Source of the DNA: an uncultured bacterium
GTDB taxonomy: Bacteria; Methylomirabilota; Methylomirabilia; Rokubacteriales; CSP1-6
DNA: 50,676 bases
Reading direction: 5' to 3'
Assembly: GCA_964642915.1 (NCBI GenBank)
Contig: CAZXPE010000001.1
Span: 1 to 50,676 of the forward strand
The position numbers and the translations under genes are program-made. The number at the start of each line of letters is the position of its first letter. The stretch's first letter is position 1. Below the pieces are notes generated by a model. The model was not told the DNA's origin. It worked only from the letters and a program-made list of their open reading frames with translations, and did no database searches. Below are positions 8,239 to 17,718 of the stretch, in pieces.

Positions 8239-9399
8239 ATGGGCATGTGGGTCGGTCGTGGGCGGAAGGCGAGGATGGCGTATGGCTTCGATGACATCGC
8301 CCTGGTCCCCGGGACGGTGACCGTCAATCCCAACGAGGTTGACATCTCGTGGGAGCTTTGCGGCCGGCGCTTTGAGATACCGGTTGTCGCCGCCGCCATG
8401 GATGGCGTCGTTGACCCGAAGTTCGCCATCGAGATGGGGCGGCTCGGCGGGTTCGCCGTCCTGAACCTGGAGGGAATCCAGAGCCGGTACGAGAACCCCG
8501 ACGAGGTCCTCGATCGGATCGTCTCGGCGAGCCTCGATGAGGCGACAAAAATCATCCAGTCCATCTACGCAGAGCCGATCAAGGAGGAACTGATCCACAA
8601 GCGCATCACCCATATCAAAAAGGGAGGCGGCCCTGCCGTGGTTTCCTCCATTCCCCAGCGGGCCGAGCGCTTCGCCAAGATCGCCGAGGAGGCTGGGGCC
8701 GACATCTTCGTGGTCCAGTCCACTGTCACGACCGCCCGGCACATCGCCACCGAATACACGCCGGTGGATCTGAAAAGGCTCAAGAAGAACCTCTCGATAC
8801 CCCTGATCGTCGGGAACGTCGTGACCTACGAAGCCTGCCTGGAGCTGATGGAGTGCGGCGTGGACGCGCTCCTGATCGGGGTGGGCCCGGGGGCAGCCTG
8901 CACGAGCCGCGAGGTGCTCGGGCTGGGTGTGCCGCAGGTGACGGCGACAGCCGACTCGGCGGCCGCCCGCGATTTCCACTACAAGCAGACCGGGCGCTAC
9001 GTCCCCATCCTCACTGACGGCGGAATGACCACCGGGGGAGACATCTGCAAGGCCCTGGCGTCAGGGGCTGACGCCGTGATGATCGGATCGGCCTTCGCGC
9101 GCGCTGTCGAGGCCCCCGGGCGCGGCTATCACTGGGGAATGGCCACCCCTCACCAGAACCTGCCGCGGGGAACGCGCATTCGGGTGGGCGTGATGGGACC
9201 GCTGGAGCAGATCCTCTTCGGTCCAGCGTTCACGGATGACGGCAGCCTCAACCTCGTCGGCGCCATCCGGACCTGCATGGGCGCGGTCGGGGCCAGGAAC
9301 ATCCGCGAGCTTCAGCTCACCGAGCTGATCATCGCCCCCGCCATCAAGACTGAGGGCAAGGTTTTCCAAAAAGCCCAGAAGGCGGGATTGGGCAAGTGA
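8239..9399 (+). CDS. IMP dehydrogenase family protein lacking the CBS (Bateman) insertion (GuaB3-like)
   Basis: Contains FDDIALVPG, GVGPGAACTS (active-site Cys loop) and GGMTTGGDICKALASGADAVMIGS motifs. At about 386 aa it is too short to hold a CBS pair. GAGGAG lies 8 nt upstream of the ATG at 8239. Confidence 0.8.
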   Translation: MGMWVGRGRKARMAYGFDDIALVPGTVTVNPNEVDISWELCGRRFEIPVVAAAMDGVVDPKFAIEMGRLGGFAVLNLEGIQSRYENPDEVLDRIVSASLDEATKIIQSIYAEPIKEELIHKRITHIKKGGGPAVVSSIPQRAERFAKIAEEAGADIFVVQSTVTTARHIATEYTPVDLKRLKKNLSIPLIVGNVVTYEACLELMECGVDALLIGVGPGAACTSREVLGLGVPQVTATADSAAARDFHYKQTGRYVPILTDGGMTTGGDICKALASGADAVMIGSAFARAVEAPGRGYHWGMATPHQNLPRGTRIRVGVMGPLEQILFGPAFTDDGSLNLVGAIRTCMGAVGARNIRELQLTELIIAPAIKTEGKVFQKAQKAGLGK

Positions 9400-9409
9400 A
9401 ACTCGGGTA

Positions 9410-9487
9410 AGCGTTCAGCGATCAGGGTTCAGCCGTCGGCCGGAAGGGAAGCTGATGCTCATATCGCTCATTGAGAAGCTGAACGCT
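9410..9487 (+). promoter_or_regulatory. 10-bp perfect inverted repeat bracketing the guaB-like/guaA spacer; the 3' arm ends 1 nt before the guaA ATG
   Basis: AGCGTTCAGC at 9410-9419 and GCTGAACGCT at 9478-9487. Competing inner pairings exist: AGCGAT 9417-9422 with ATCGCT 9463-9468, and ATCAG 9421-9425 with CTGAT 9452-9456. Confidence 0.35.
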
Positions 9488-9488
9488 G

Positions 9489-11045
9489 ATGGCTGAGCGC
9501 GCCGTGGACAAGATTGCCGTCATCGACTTCGGGTCGCAGTACACGCAGTTGATCGCCCGCCGCATACGAGAGCTTCACGTCTATTCAGAGATATTTCCGT
9601 GCACCTATCCACTCGAGGAGCTGCTGGCGGGAGGCTTTAAAGGGATCGTGCTCTCGGGCGGCCCCTCCAGCGTCTACGAGGACGGATCTCCGCTTCCGTC
9701 CAAGAAAATCTTCGAGGCCTGCGTTCCCGTTCTCGGCATCTGCTACGGCATGCAGGTGATGGCCTACCTCCTCGGCGGGCACGTCGTCCCCGCCGACCGG
9801 CGGGAGTACGGGCGCGCCGAGTTGGCGCTTGAGGGAAGCGAAGGGCTGTTCGACGGCGTGAGACCCGAGCACGGGAACCGCATCACCGTTTGGATGAGCC
9901 ACGGCGACACGGTGATAAAGCCGCCCAAAGGGTTCACCAGGATCGGTTCCACCGACAATTGCCCCGTGGCGGCCATGGCCGATCCGGCCCGGCGCCTCTA
10001 CGCGGTACACTTTCATCCGGAGGTGATCCACACTCCCCAGGGGAGGACCATACTTCAGAACTTTCTCGCGCTCTGCGAGGCCAACCCCACGTGGTCCATG
10101 GCCTCCTTCCTGGACAAAGCCATTGAGGAGATCAGGGAGAAGGTCGGGCGCGACCGAATGCTCTGCGCGCTCTCGGGCGGCGTTGATTCCTCCGTGGTGG
10201 CGGTGCTGGCCCAAAGGGCGGCCGGCGATCAGCTCACCTGCGTCTTCGTCGACAACGGGCTCCTCAGAAAAGGGGAAGCCCCGAGCGTGGTTCGCACCTT
10301 CAGCGAGCACTTCAAGATGAATCTGATCCACGTGGATGCCTCTCGCCGCTTCTTGGACGCCCTTCGGGGCGTCACCGACCCGGAGGTCAAGAGGAAGCGG
10401 ATCGGCGCCGAGTTTATCGCTGTTTTTGAAGAGGAGGCTCGAAAGCTCGGGGAGATCCCGTGGCTCGCTCAGGGGACACTCTATCCCGACGTGATCGAAT
10501 CCGTCTCGTTCAAGGGGCCGTCGGCGACCATCAAGACCCACCACAATGTCGGCGGCCTGCCTGTCAGGATGCAGTTCAAGCTTGTGGAGCCGTTGAGAGA
10601 GCTGTTCAAGGACGAAGTGCGCCAGCTCGGCGAGCTGCTGGGTCTTCCCGCGGAGATTGTGTGGCGCCAGCCGTTTCCGGGCCCAGGCTTGGCGATCCGC
10701 GTTCTCGGGGAGGTTTCAGAGGAACGGCTGGAACTCCTCCGCGATGCGGACGCCGTTGTCCAAGAAGAGGTGCAAAAGGCAGGTCTTGAGCGGGAGCTTT
10801 GGCAGGCGTTCGCGGTGCTGCTCCCTGTCAAGACGGTGGGAGTGATGGGGGATTTCCGCACGTACGCCCAGGTGATCGCCCTTCGGGCGGTGATGAGCCA
10901 GGACGCCATGACTGCCGACTGGGCGCGCCTCCCTTACGACCTCCTGGGCAGAATCAGCAACCGAATCATTAACGAGGTGAAGGGGGTGAATCGGGTCGTC
11001 TTCGACATCTCATCCAAGCCTCCAAGCACCATAGAGTGGGAGTAG
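9489..11045 (+). CDS. guaA: GMP synthase (glutamine-hydrolysing)
   Basis: Contains the GATase motif GICYGMQ, the PP-loop SGGVDSSV, and the C-terminal ..PPSTIEWE. Confidence 0.95.
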   Translation: MAERAVDKIAVIDFGSQYTQLIARRIRELHVYSEIFPCTYPLEELLAGGFKGIVLSGGPSSVYEDGSPLPSKKIFEACVPVLGICYGMQVMAYLLGGHVVPADRREYGRAELALEGSEGLFDGVRPEHGNRITVWMSHGDTVIKPPKGFTRIGSTDNCPVAAMADPARRLYAVHFHPEVIHTPQGRTILQNFLALCEANPTWSMASFLDKAIEEIREKVGRDRMLCALSGGVDSSVVAVLAQRAAGDQLTCVFVDNGLLRKGEAPSVVRTFSEHFKMNLIHVDASRRFLDALRGVTDPEVKRKRIGAEFIAVFEEEARKLGEIPWLAQGTLYPDVIESVSFKGPSATIKTHHNVGGLPVRMQFKLVEPLRELFKDEVRQLGELLGLPAEIVWRQPFPGPGLAIRVLGEVSEERLELLRDADAVVQEEVQKAGLERELWQAFAVLLPVKTVGVMGDFRTYAQVIALRAVMSQDAMTADWARLPYDLLGRISNRIINEVKGVNRVVFDISSKPPSTIEWE

Positions 11046-11093
11046 AGGCAGTCACATGCAGACCGACCGTTCCCGCGTCCAGGCACGCCTTCC

Positions 11094-14000
11094 GTGAGGC
11101 ACGCCGAGTTCGTTCACCTCCACGTCCACTCTGAGTACAGCCTCCTGGACGGCGCCGCCCAACTCGAGAGACTGGTGGCGAAGGCCAAGGATCTCCGCTT
11201 CCCCGCCATCGCGCTTACCGACCACGGGAACCTCTTCGGAGCCATAGACTTCTACCTTGCCGCTCAAAAGGCCGGGGTCAAGCCGATCATCGGATGCGAG
11301 CTGTACGTTGCCCCCGGGAGCCGCTTCGAGAAGGCCAACGTGGACGGCTCCTATGAAGGGGCGAACCACTGCACCGTGCTGGCGAGAAACCTATCCGGAT
11401 ACAAAAACCTCATCAAGCTTGTCTCAAAAGGCTTCCTTGAGGGATTCTATTATAAGCCACGGGTGGATAAGGAGTTATTGTCTCAGCACTCTGACGGCCT
11501 CCTGGTCCTTTCGGGTTGCCTGAACTCGGAGGTCTCCCGCCTCCTCTGCCAGGGAGAGGAGACGAGGGCGAAAGAGGTAGCAGGCTGGTTCCAGGAGGTC
11601 TTCGGCAAGGATTACTACTTCATGGAGCTTCAGTCCCACGGGCTCCCTGAGCAGAAAAAGGTGACGGAAGGAGCGCTCAGAATCGCCAGCGCTCTCGGCA
11701 TCCCGGTGGTCGGCACCAATGATTCCCATTATCTCGAGCCTTCGCACGCCAGGGCCCACGAGGCTCTCCTCTGCATCCAAACGGGCACGACGATAAAGGA
11801 CCCGAACCGCTGGCGGTTTTCCGCCGACGAGTTCTATCTCAAGTCTGCCGAGGAGATGGGCCGCGTGTTCGCCGACCTCCCTGAAGCGTGCCGGAACACG
11901 TTGGCCGTGGCCGAGCGGTGCAACCTGGAGCTGTCCTTCGGCCAGTTTCATCTGCCGACGTATCAGATCCCGGCGGGCTACACGAGCGAGAGCTACCTCG
12001 AGCGCCTCGCCCTCGAAGGATGCAGGCGGCGCTATGGCGCGACTCCCCCGGATGCCGTTTCGGTACGGCTCGCCCAGGAGCTGGACGTCATCAAGAAAAT
12101 GGGGTTCGCGGGATACTTTCTGGTGGTCTGGGATTTCATCAAGTACGCCAAGGACCGGGGGATCGCTGTCGGGCCGGGGCGCGGGTCGGCGGCGGGGTCG
12201 GTGGTCGCCTACTCGCTCGGGATCACCAATATCGATCCTGTCCGCTACGGCCTCCTCTTCGAGCGCTTCCTGAATCCCGAGAGAGTGACGATGCCCGACA
12301 TGGACATCGACTTCTCAGACGACCGCCGGGACGAGGTGATCGAGTACGTGGCTCAACGGTACGGGCGCGAGAACGTGGCCCAGATCATCACCTTCGGGAC
12401 CCTCGGGGCCAAGGCGGTGATCCGTGACGTGGGGCGCGCCCTCGGGATGCCGTACAACGAGGTGGACCGGATCGCCAAGCTTGTGCCGAACACCCTCAAC
12501 ATCACGCTGGATGCGGCCCTTGAGCAATCGCCGCCGCTGGCCGAGGCGGTCAGGGGAAGGCATGAAGTGGCTGAGCTCTGGGAGACCGCCAAGTCCCTCG
12601 AGGGGCTCACCCGGCACGCATCGACTCACGCCGCCGGCGTCGTCATCTCCGATCAGCCGCTCATAGAGCACGTACCGCTCTACAAGGGGAGCCGGGGCGA
12701 GGTCACGACCCAGTACGCCATGGGCCCCATCGAGAAGATCGGCCTCCTCAAGATGGACTTTCTTGGCCTCCGAACACTGACGGTCATCGCCAACACGCTC
12801 AGGCTCGTGAGCCAGTCGAAGGGAGCCACGCTAGACCCCGAGACCATCCCGCTTGACGACGGGAACACGTACCGGCTCCTTTCCGAGGCCAACACGTCGG
12901 GGGTGTTCCAACTGGAATCGCCTGGAATGCGCGAGGCGCTGCGGAAGCTCCGGCCCGAGCGCCTCGAGGACGTGATCGCGATTGTGGCTCTCTATCGGCC
13001 GGGCCCCATGGACCTGATCCCTGAGTTCATCAACCGGAAGCATGGAAGATCGAAGATCGCCTACGATCATCCCGCAATGGAAAAGCACCTCCGGGAGACT
13101 TACGGGATCATGGTCTATCAGGAACAGGTCATGCAGATTGCCGGGGAGATGGCCGGTTTCAGCATGGGTGAGGCGGACATTCTCCGGCGGGCGATGGGAA
13201 AGAAGGACAGGGAGATGATGGCGACGCAGCGGGCCAAGTTCATAGCCGGCTGCAAGGCCAATCGGATTGACGAGAAGAAGGCCGAGAAGGTCTTCGACCT
13301 CATGGAGAAGTTTGCTGGATACGGCTTTAACAAATGTCTGACCGCGGACACGCTCGTCCAAATGGCGGATGGAACGCAGAAGCCGATCACAGAGATCGAG
13401 TCCGGAGATCTCGTCCTCACCAAGGACGGACCCTATCGAACCCTCGGGGTCAGGCCGAGCGGGATCAGGCCCGTCTGGCGATTGACACTGGCGAATGGGA
13501 TGATGATTCGGTGCACGGCCGACCATCCCGTGTTCACCCCGCGTGGCTGGGTCAATGCCGAAGACTTGTCGGGCGGGGATTTCGTCGCGGTGGCCCGGGA
13601 GCTCCCCTCTGGCGTTCAGTCGGCCGCGCCGCATTGGCCCGCTCTTCTCGGGTACGCCCTGTCCGAAGGGAGCCTGGGCGTCGAGTTTCTGTTTCATAAG
13701 TGCGGGCTTCAACATCAGTCGGCGGTGACAAAACGGGTGCCGTCTATCGTCGATTGTTGGGACCGCGAGGCCGTTTCAGTCCTGACGGCCAAGCTCTTTC
13801 AAGGGGACGGGTGCATTCATCCGGCGACCTTGTCCGTTTACTATGCGACCTCCTCCAGAGGGTTGGCCAGAGATGTGCAACGACTTCTTCTCAAGCTAGG
13901 GATCTGTTCGACTCTCCACGAGAAGTCCTTTGCCTATCGCACCGGGCCGCGTGTCGGCTACACGATCAATGTAGTCGGCGGTCGCTCCGCCTACGCCCGG

Positions 14001-15743
14001 CTTCAGGACCTTTTGGGTCCGCACCTCGTGGGAGAAAAACAAAGGGCTCTTCGGAAGCTTGTGAACTCCTACAAAAACTCGAAGGTCCTCTTCGCCCGCG
14101 GGACTGTCGATGTGATTCCGACTGCGCTCTATATCGAGCCTCTCCGTCGAGAGATTGCCAAACGCTACCCCACCTTGAAAGCGGGGTGTCGGGCTCTGGA
14201 TGTTGCATACCGGCTCGTGTTCCGGGATGGGAGGAAAGGGGGAATTCGACGGGATACGCTCCGGCATCTCGCCGAGCGACTCGATTCCCCCGAGCTCCTG
14301 GCCCTCGCCGACGCGCCGGTCGCCTGGGTGAGGTGGAAAAGGTTCAACGAAGACGGGGTTGAAGAAACCTTCGATATTGAAGTTCCCGGAACGAACAGCT
14401 TCATCGCGAACGGGGTGGTCGTGCATAATTCCCACGCAGCGGCCTACGCCGTGGTGGCTTACCACACCGCATACCTGAAGGCCAACTACCCGGTCGAGTT
14501 CATGGCGGCGCTGCTCACCTCTGAGACGGGTGACACGGACAGGATCGTGAGGTACATCGACGAGTGCCGGGCGATGGGGATCCAGGTCCTGCCTCCGGAC
14601 GTGAACCTCTCCATGGTCCAGTTCACGGTGGTTGCGGACACAATTCGGTTCGGCCTGGCGGCGATCAAGAACGTGGGAGAGGCTGCGATCCGATCCATCG
14701 TGAAAACGCGGGAGGAAAAGGGGCCCTTTTCCACGCTCTCGGATTTTTGCCGGCGTGCTGACCTGCGGCTTCTCAACCGGCGGGTCATCGAGAGCCTGAT
14801 CAAGGCGGGAGCCTTCGACTCGCTCGGAGCCAGGCGAGCCCAACTCCTTGAGGAGCTGGACAGGGCCATGGAAAACGGGCACCGCTATCAGCGGGACCGC
14901 CAGGAAGGGCAGGCGTCGTTTTTCGATCTGATGGCCGACTCTCCGGCGTCTCAGGGCGCCGAGAAGGCCGGAACCGGCGCCGAGAGGCCCTCGCCGGAGA
15001 TAGCCGAGTGGGACTCTGATCGGCTCCTCGCCTACGAAAAAGAGGTGCTGGGGCTCTACCTGTCTGGCCATCCGCTCGCGCGCTTCCGCGACGTCGCCGG
15101 AACGCTCGGGGTCTCGCCGATCGGCCAGCTTGGAGCGAAGAACGACGGCGCCCGCGTGACCATCTTCGGGCAGGTGACCGCGCTCAAAGAGATCACGACC
15201 AAGAGCGGCGACCGGATGGCCTTCGCGACGGTTGAGGACATGGACGGGAGCGTTGAGATCACGATCTTCCCGGAGCCTTTCAAGGCTTCCGTGGCAGCCC
15301 TTCGCTCCGGGCAGCCGATCCTTGTCCGCGGCCGGGTCGACGGGGCCGACGAAGCGAAGAAGGTGCTTGCCGAGGAGATCCGGCCTCTGGAAGCGGTTGC
15401 CAACGGAAGTCCAGTCGCCGCTTCCTTGGCCGGCGCTGATTTTACCCGAGCCGCTCCTGCTGATGCCGGTCGGTTCGGCGAACCCTCGCCCGCAGGGGCT
15501 CAGACCTGCCGGATTCGGGTTCCGATAGGCGGCGATTCGAGAGCGCTCCTGGACGCCATCAAGCGGCATTGCGGCGAGCATGGGGGGAACGTCCCGCTTT
15601 TTCTCCACCTCCTGCTTGACAAAAGGGAAGTCGTGGTCAGGGCCAGGGCGTGCCCGGTTCGTCCCGCTCCCGCTCTCCTGGAGAAAGTGGAGGCCCTCCT
15701 CGGGCGCGGGAGTATAATCATCGAGTATGGTCGAGGGGCTTGA
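11094..15743 (+). CDS. dnaE: DNA polymerase III alpha subunit, interrupted by an in-frame intein
   Basis: PHP domain start MRHAEFVHLHVHSEYSLLDG, plus ITFGTLGAKAVIRDVGR, GLLKMDFLGL and an OB-fold C-terminus. It is 1549 aa with the intein and 1184 aa without it. Confidence 0.95.
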   Translation: MRHAEFVHLHVHSEYSLLDGAAQLERLVAKAKDLRFPAIALTDHGNLFGAIDFYLAAQKAGVKPIIGCELYVAPGSRFEKANVDGSYEGANHCTVLARNLSGYKNLIKLVSKGFLEGFYYKPRVDKELLSQHSDGLLVLSGCLNSEVSRLLCQGEETRAKEVAGWFQEVFGKDYYFMELQSHGLPEQKKVTEGALRIASALGIPVVGTNDSHYLEPSHARAHEALLCIQTGTTIKDPNRWRFSADEFYLKSAEEMGRVFADLPEACRNTLAVAERCNLELSFGQFHLPTYQIPAGYTSESYLERLALEGCRRRYGATPPDAVSVRLAQELDVIKKMGFAGYFLVVWDFIKYAKDRGIAVGPGRGSAAGSVVAYSLGITNIDPVRYGLLFERFLNPERVTMPDMDIDFSDDRRDEVIEYVAQRYGRENVAQIITFGTLGAKAVIRDVGRALGMPYNEVDRIAKLVPNTLNITLDAALEQSPPLAEAVRGRHEVAELWETAKSLEGLTRHASTHAAGVVISDQPLIEHVPLYKGSRGEVTTQYAMGPIEKIGLLKMDFLGLRTLTVIANTLRLVSQSKGATLDPETIPLDDGNTYRLLSEANTSGVFQLESPGMREALRKLRPERLEDVIAIVALYRPGPMDLIPEFINRKHGRSKIAYDHPAMEKHLRETYGIMVYQEQVMQIAGEMAGFSMGEADILRRAMGKKDREMMATQRAKFIAGCKANRIDEKKAEKVFDLMEKFAGYGFNKCLTADTLVQMADGTQKPITEIESGDLVLTKDGPYRTLGVRPSGIRPVWRLTLANGMMIRCTADHPVFTPRGWVNAEDLSGGDFVAVARELPSGVQSAAPHWPALLGYALSEGSLGVEFLFHKCGLQHQSAVTKRVPSIVDCWDREAVSVLTAKLFQGDGCIHPATLSVYYATSSRGLARDVQRLLLKLGICSTLHEKSFAYRTGPRVGYTINVVGGRSAYARLQDLLGPHLVGEKQRALRKLVNSYKNSKVLFARGTVDVIPTALYIEPLRREIAKRYPTLKAGCRALDVAYRLVFRDGRKGGIRRDTLRHLAERLDSPELLALADAPVAWVRWKRFNEDGVEETFDIEVPGTNSFIANGVVVHNSHAAAYAVVAYHTAYLKANYPVEFMAALLTSETGDTDRIVRYIDECRAMGIQVLPPDVNLSMVQFTVVADTIRFGLAAIKNVGEAAIRSIVKTREEKGPFSTLSDFCRRADLRLLNRRVIESLIKAGAFDSLGARRAQLLEELDRAMENGHRYQRDRQEGQASFFDLMADSPASQGAEKAGTGAERPSPEIAEWDSDRLLAYEKEVLGLYLSGHPLARFRDVAGTLGVSPIGQLGAKNDGARVTIFGQVTALKEITTKSGDRMAFATVEDMDGSVEITIFPEPFKASVAALRSGQPILVRGRVDGADEAKKVLAEEIRPLEAVANGSPVAASLAGADFTRAAPADAGRFGEPSPAGAQTCRIRVPIGGDSRALLDAIKRHCGEHGGNVPLFLHLLLDKREVVVRARACPVRPAPALLEKVEALLGRGSIIIEYGRGA
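13335..14429 (+). mobile_element. Intein (365 codons) with a LAGLIDADG-type homing-endonuclease remnant, inserted in DnaE between FNK and SHAAAY
   Basis: It starts at Cys (CLTADTLVQMADG, block A), has CTADHPVF (block B, TxxH) and LAGLIDADG-like motifs LLGYALSEGS and LTAKLFQGDGC. It ends with FDIEVPGTNSFIANGVVVHN followed by Ser+1. The flanks reconstitute the conserved GYGFNK-SHAAAYAVVAY motif. Confidence 0.9.
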
Positions 15744-16680
15744 GTTCGAGAAACCGCTTCTTGAGCTGGAAAACCGGATAGCCGAGCTTCGGGCCTCCGC
15801 CGATCCGCTTTCCGTCCGCGACGAGGTCTCGAAGCTGGAGGAGCGCCTCGAAAAACTCCGCCGGAGGACATACGCCGGCCTGACCCCGTGGGAACGCACC
15901 CAGCTTGCCCGCCATCCAAAGCGTCCTCACGCTCTCGATCTGATTCGGCTGCTCATGGAAGACTTTGTCGAGCTCCACGGCGACCGGCTGTTCGGCGACG
16001 ACAGAGCCGTCGTGGCGGGTCTCGGGCGCTTTGAGGGGCAGTCGGTCGTGGTGCTCGGGCACCAGAAGGGGCGCGACACCCGCGAGAACATCCAGCGGAA
16101 TTTCGGAATGCCCCATCCGGAAGGGTACCGCAAGGCGCTTCGCCTCATGAAGTTTGCTGAAAAGTTCAGGAAACCGGTCTTCACGTTCATCGACACGCCG
16201 GGCGCGTATCCGGGGTTGGGGGCTGAAGAACGGGGACAAGCAGAGGCGATCGCCCGCAACCTCAGGGAAATGGCGGGGCTCAGGGTCCCCATTATAGCGG
16301 TCGTCACAGGGGAAGGGGGAAGCGGCGGGGCGCTGGCTATTGGGGTAGGTGACCGGGTGCTGATGCTCGAGTATGCCGTCTATTCGGTGATTTCACCCGA
16401 AGGGTGCGCGGCGATTCTCTGGGGGGAGGGATCGAAGGCCCCAGAAGCGGCGGAAATCATGCGCATTACCGCACCGGACCTGTTGCGTCTCGGAGTGATC
16501 GACGGGATCGTGCCCGAACCCGTCGGGGGGGCGCACCGGAACTGGGAAGAAACCGCGGCCAACCTCCGGCAGGCGCTCAGGGATTCCCTCTGGGAGCTTA
16601 AGTCGAAGTCGCCGGAGGACCTGATTCGGGAGCGCTACGAGAAGTTCAGGAAGATCGGCGTATTCGAGGAGGCCCTCTGA
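15727..16680 (+). CDS. accA: Acetyl-CoA carboxylase carboxyltransferase subunit alpha
   Basis: Contains LEFEKPLLELENRIAELR and FIDTPGAYPGLGAEERGQAEAIA motifs. It overlaps the dnaE 3' end by 17 nt. dnaE-accA adjacency also occurs in E. coli. Confidence 0.93.
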   Translation: MVEGLEFEKPLLELENRIAELRASADPLSVRDEVSKLEERLEKLRRRTYAGLTPWERTQLARHPKRPHALDLIRLLMEDFVELHGDRLFGDDRAVVAGLGRFEGQSVVVLGHQKGRDTRENIQRNFGMPHPEGYRKALRLMKFAEKFRKPVFTFIDTPGAYPGLGAEERGQAEAIARNLREMAGLRVPIIAVVTGEGGSGGALAIGVGDRVLMLEYAVYSVISPEGCAAILWGEGSKAPEAAEIMRITAPDLLRLGVIDGIVPEPVGGAHRNWEETAANLRQALRDSLWELKSKSPEDLIRERYEKFRKIGVFEEAL

Positions 16681-16711
16681 CGTAAGCCGGGCCGCGCGGC
16701 GCGGGCGGGGT

Positions 16712-17716
16712 TCATGGCTTCGCGCCGGGCTCGATCAGAGCCAGCGCGGTATCCTCGTCAGTCACCAGAACGTTCATAAAACGGCCGAGCAGGGCCCCGC
16801 GAATCGCCTCCACTTTCTGATCTCCCCCCGCCACAGCGATGACGTATTTTCCGTACGCGCGTGAGAGAGCCTGTAGCCGATCGGCCCCCACAGAGAGGAC
16901 GCGGCGGTTCAGCGCGCGGAGCTCTTCCCGGTCCACGATCTTCCCTTCGCGGTCGAAGGGCTGGTAGTTGATCTCGCCCACCACGCCGAACGCCCTGAGT
17001 TTTCTGACACTCACGCCGTAGGACTCCGCCAGGGAGCAGAATCCGGGAGTCTCCTCTCCGATCATCCCGATGCCCACCAGCGCGATGTCAACGGCCTGGG
17101 CGCCCTCGTAGATCCGGCGGATCTCGGGGTTCCTCAGCAACCGCCGCCGCTCGCGCTCGATTTCGCCGAGGGGTCCGAGCATCTGGAGGGGCAGGGCATA
17201 AGCCGTCACCTGTGGCCGGTACTTGGCGGCCATCATCCCGACGAGGGTGTTCGGAAACAGGTCAACGAGCTTCAGCGTCGACTCGCCGGAAAGCGGATAG
17301 AGCGTGAGATTCTTGAATCTCCGCTCTCTCAGGCGATGGATGGTGTGATAGAGGGTGAACCCGCATGAGAGGCCCACCCTGACCCCGTCGGCGGCCACCG
17401 CTTCAAAGTAGCGGGCGGCGGCGGCTCCAAGCTCTTCCTTGATGTCTCCGCGGTCCCCGGCCGGGATAACCACGGCGTCTTTGAGGCTGAACCGCTCGAC
17501 CAGGGCGGCCTCGAGCCGCGGGTTTTTCGGCAGGTCCAGCTCCACCCGGATCAGGCCGTCGGCGAAGGCGCGCTTGAGCAAGCGCGAGACCTTGGACGAT
17601 GAGAGGCGCAAGGCCTTGGCGATCTCCCTCTGGGTCTTGCGCTGGTGGTAGAAGAGCTCGAGGCACTGGACCATCTGCCTGAGCTCCTGGCGGCTCAAAA
17701 GATCCCGGTCTGGCAT
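16712..17716 (-). CDS. SorC/CggR-family sugar-binding transcriptional regulator
   Basis: N-terminal HTH (LFYHQRKTQREIAKALRLSSSKVSRLLKRAFADGLIRVEL) plus a sugar-phosphate-binding domain. It is divergent from the FBP aldolase/phosphatase gene. Confidence 0.8.
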   Translation of the reverse strand: MPDRDLLSRQELRQMVQCLELFYHQRKTQREIAKALRLSSSKVSRLLKRAFADGLIRVELDLPKNPRLEAALVERFSLKDAVVIPAGDRGDIKEELGAAAARYFEAVAADGVRVGLSCGFTLYHTIHRLRERRFKNLTLYPLSGESTLKLVDLFPNTLVGMMAAKYRPQVTAYALPLQMLGPLGEIERERRRLLRNPEIRRIYEGAQAVDIALVGIGMIGEETPGFCSLAESYGVSVRKLRAFGVVGEINYQPFDREGKIVDREELRALNRRVLSVGADRLQALSRAYGKYVIAVAGGDQKVEAIRGALLGRFMNVLVTDEDTALALIEPGAKP

Positions 17717-17718
17717 AG

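Noticed and set aside
13896-15899. 667-aa ORF antisense to dnaE/accA. Similar long antisense or alternative-frame ORFs occur at 39240-40718, 42377-43570, 8086-8979, 19733-20713, 9585-10544, 3918-4835, 12831-13715, 26220-27245 and 32253-33200.
   Set aside because: They are fully embedded opposite to, or out of frame with, genes that have unambiguous conserved motifs. Their translations are Arg/Pro/Gly-rich low-complexity sequence, as expected from stop-codon depletion in high-GC DNA. No motifs are recognisable.
16681-16711. GC-rich palindromic stretch (CCGCGCGGCGCGG) between the convergent accA and the SorC-type regulator, considered as a bidirectional terminator.
   Set aside because: The palindrome leaves essentially no loop, and there is no U/A tract on either side. 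The evidence is too weak to annotate.
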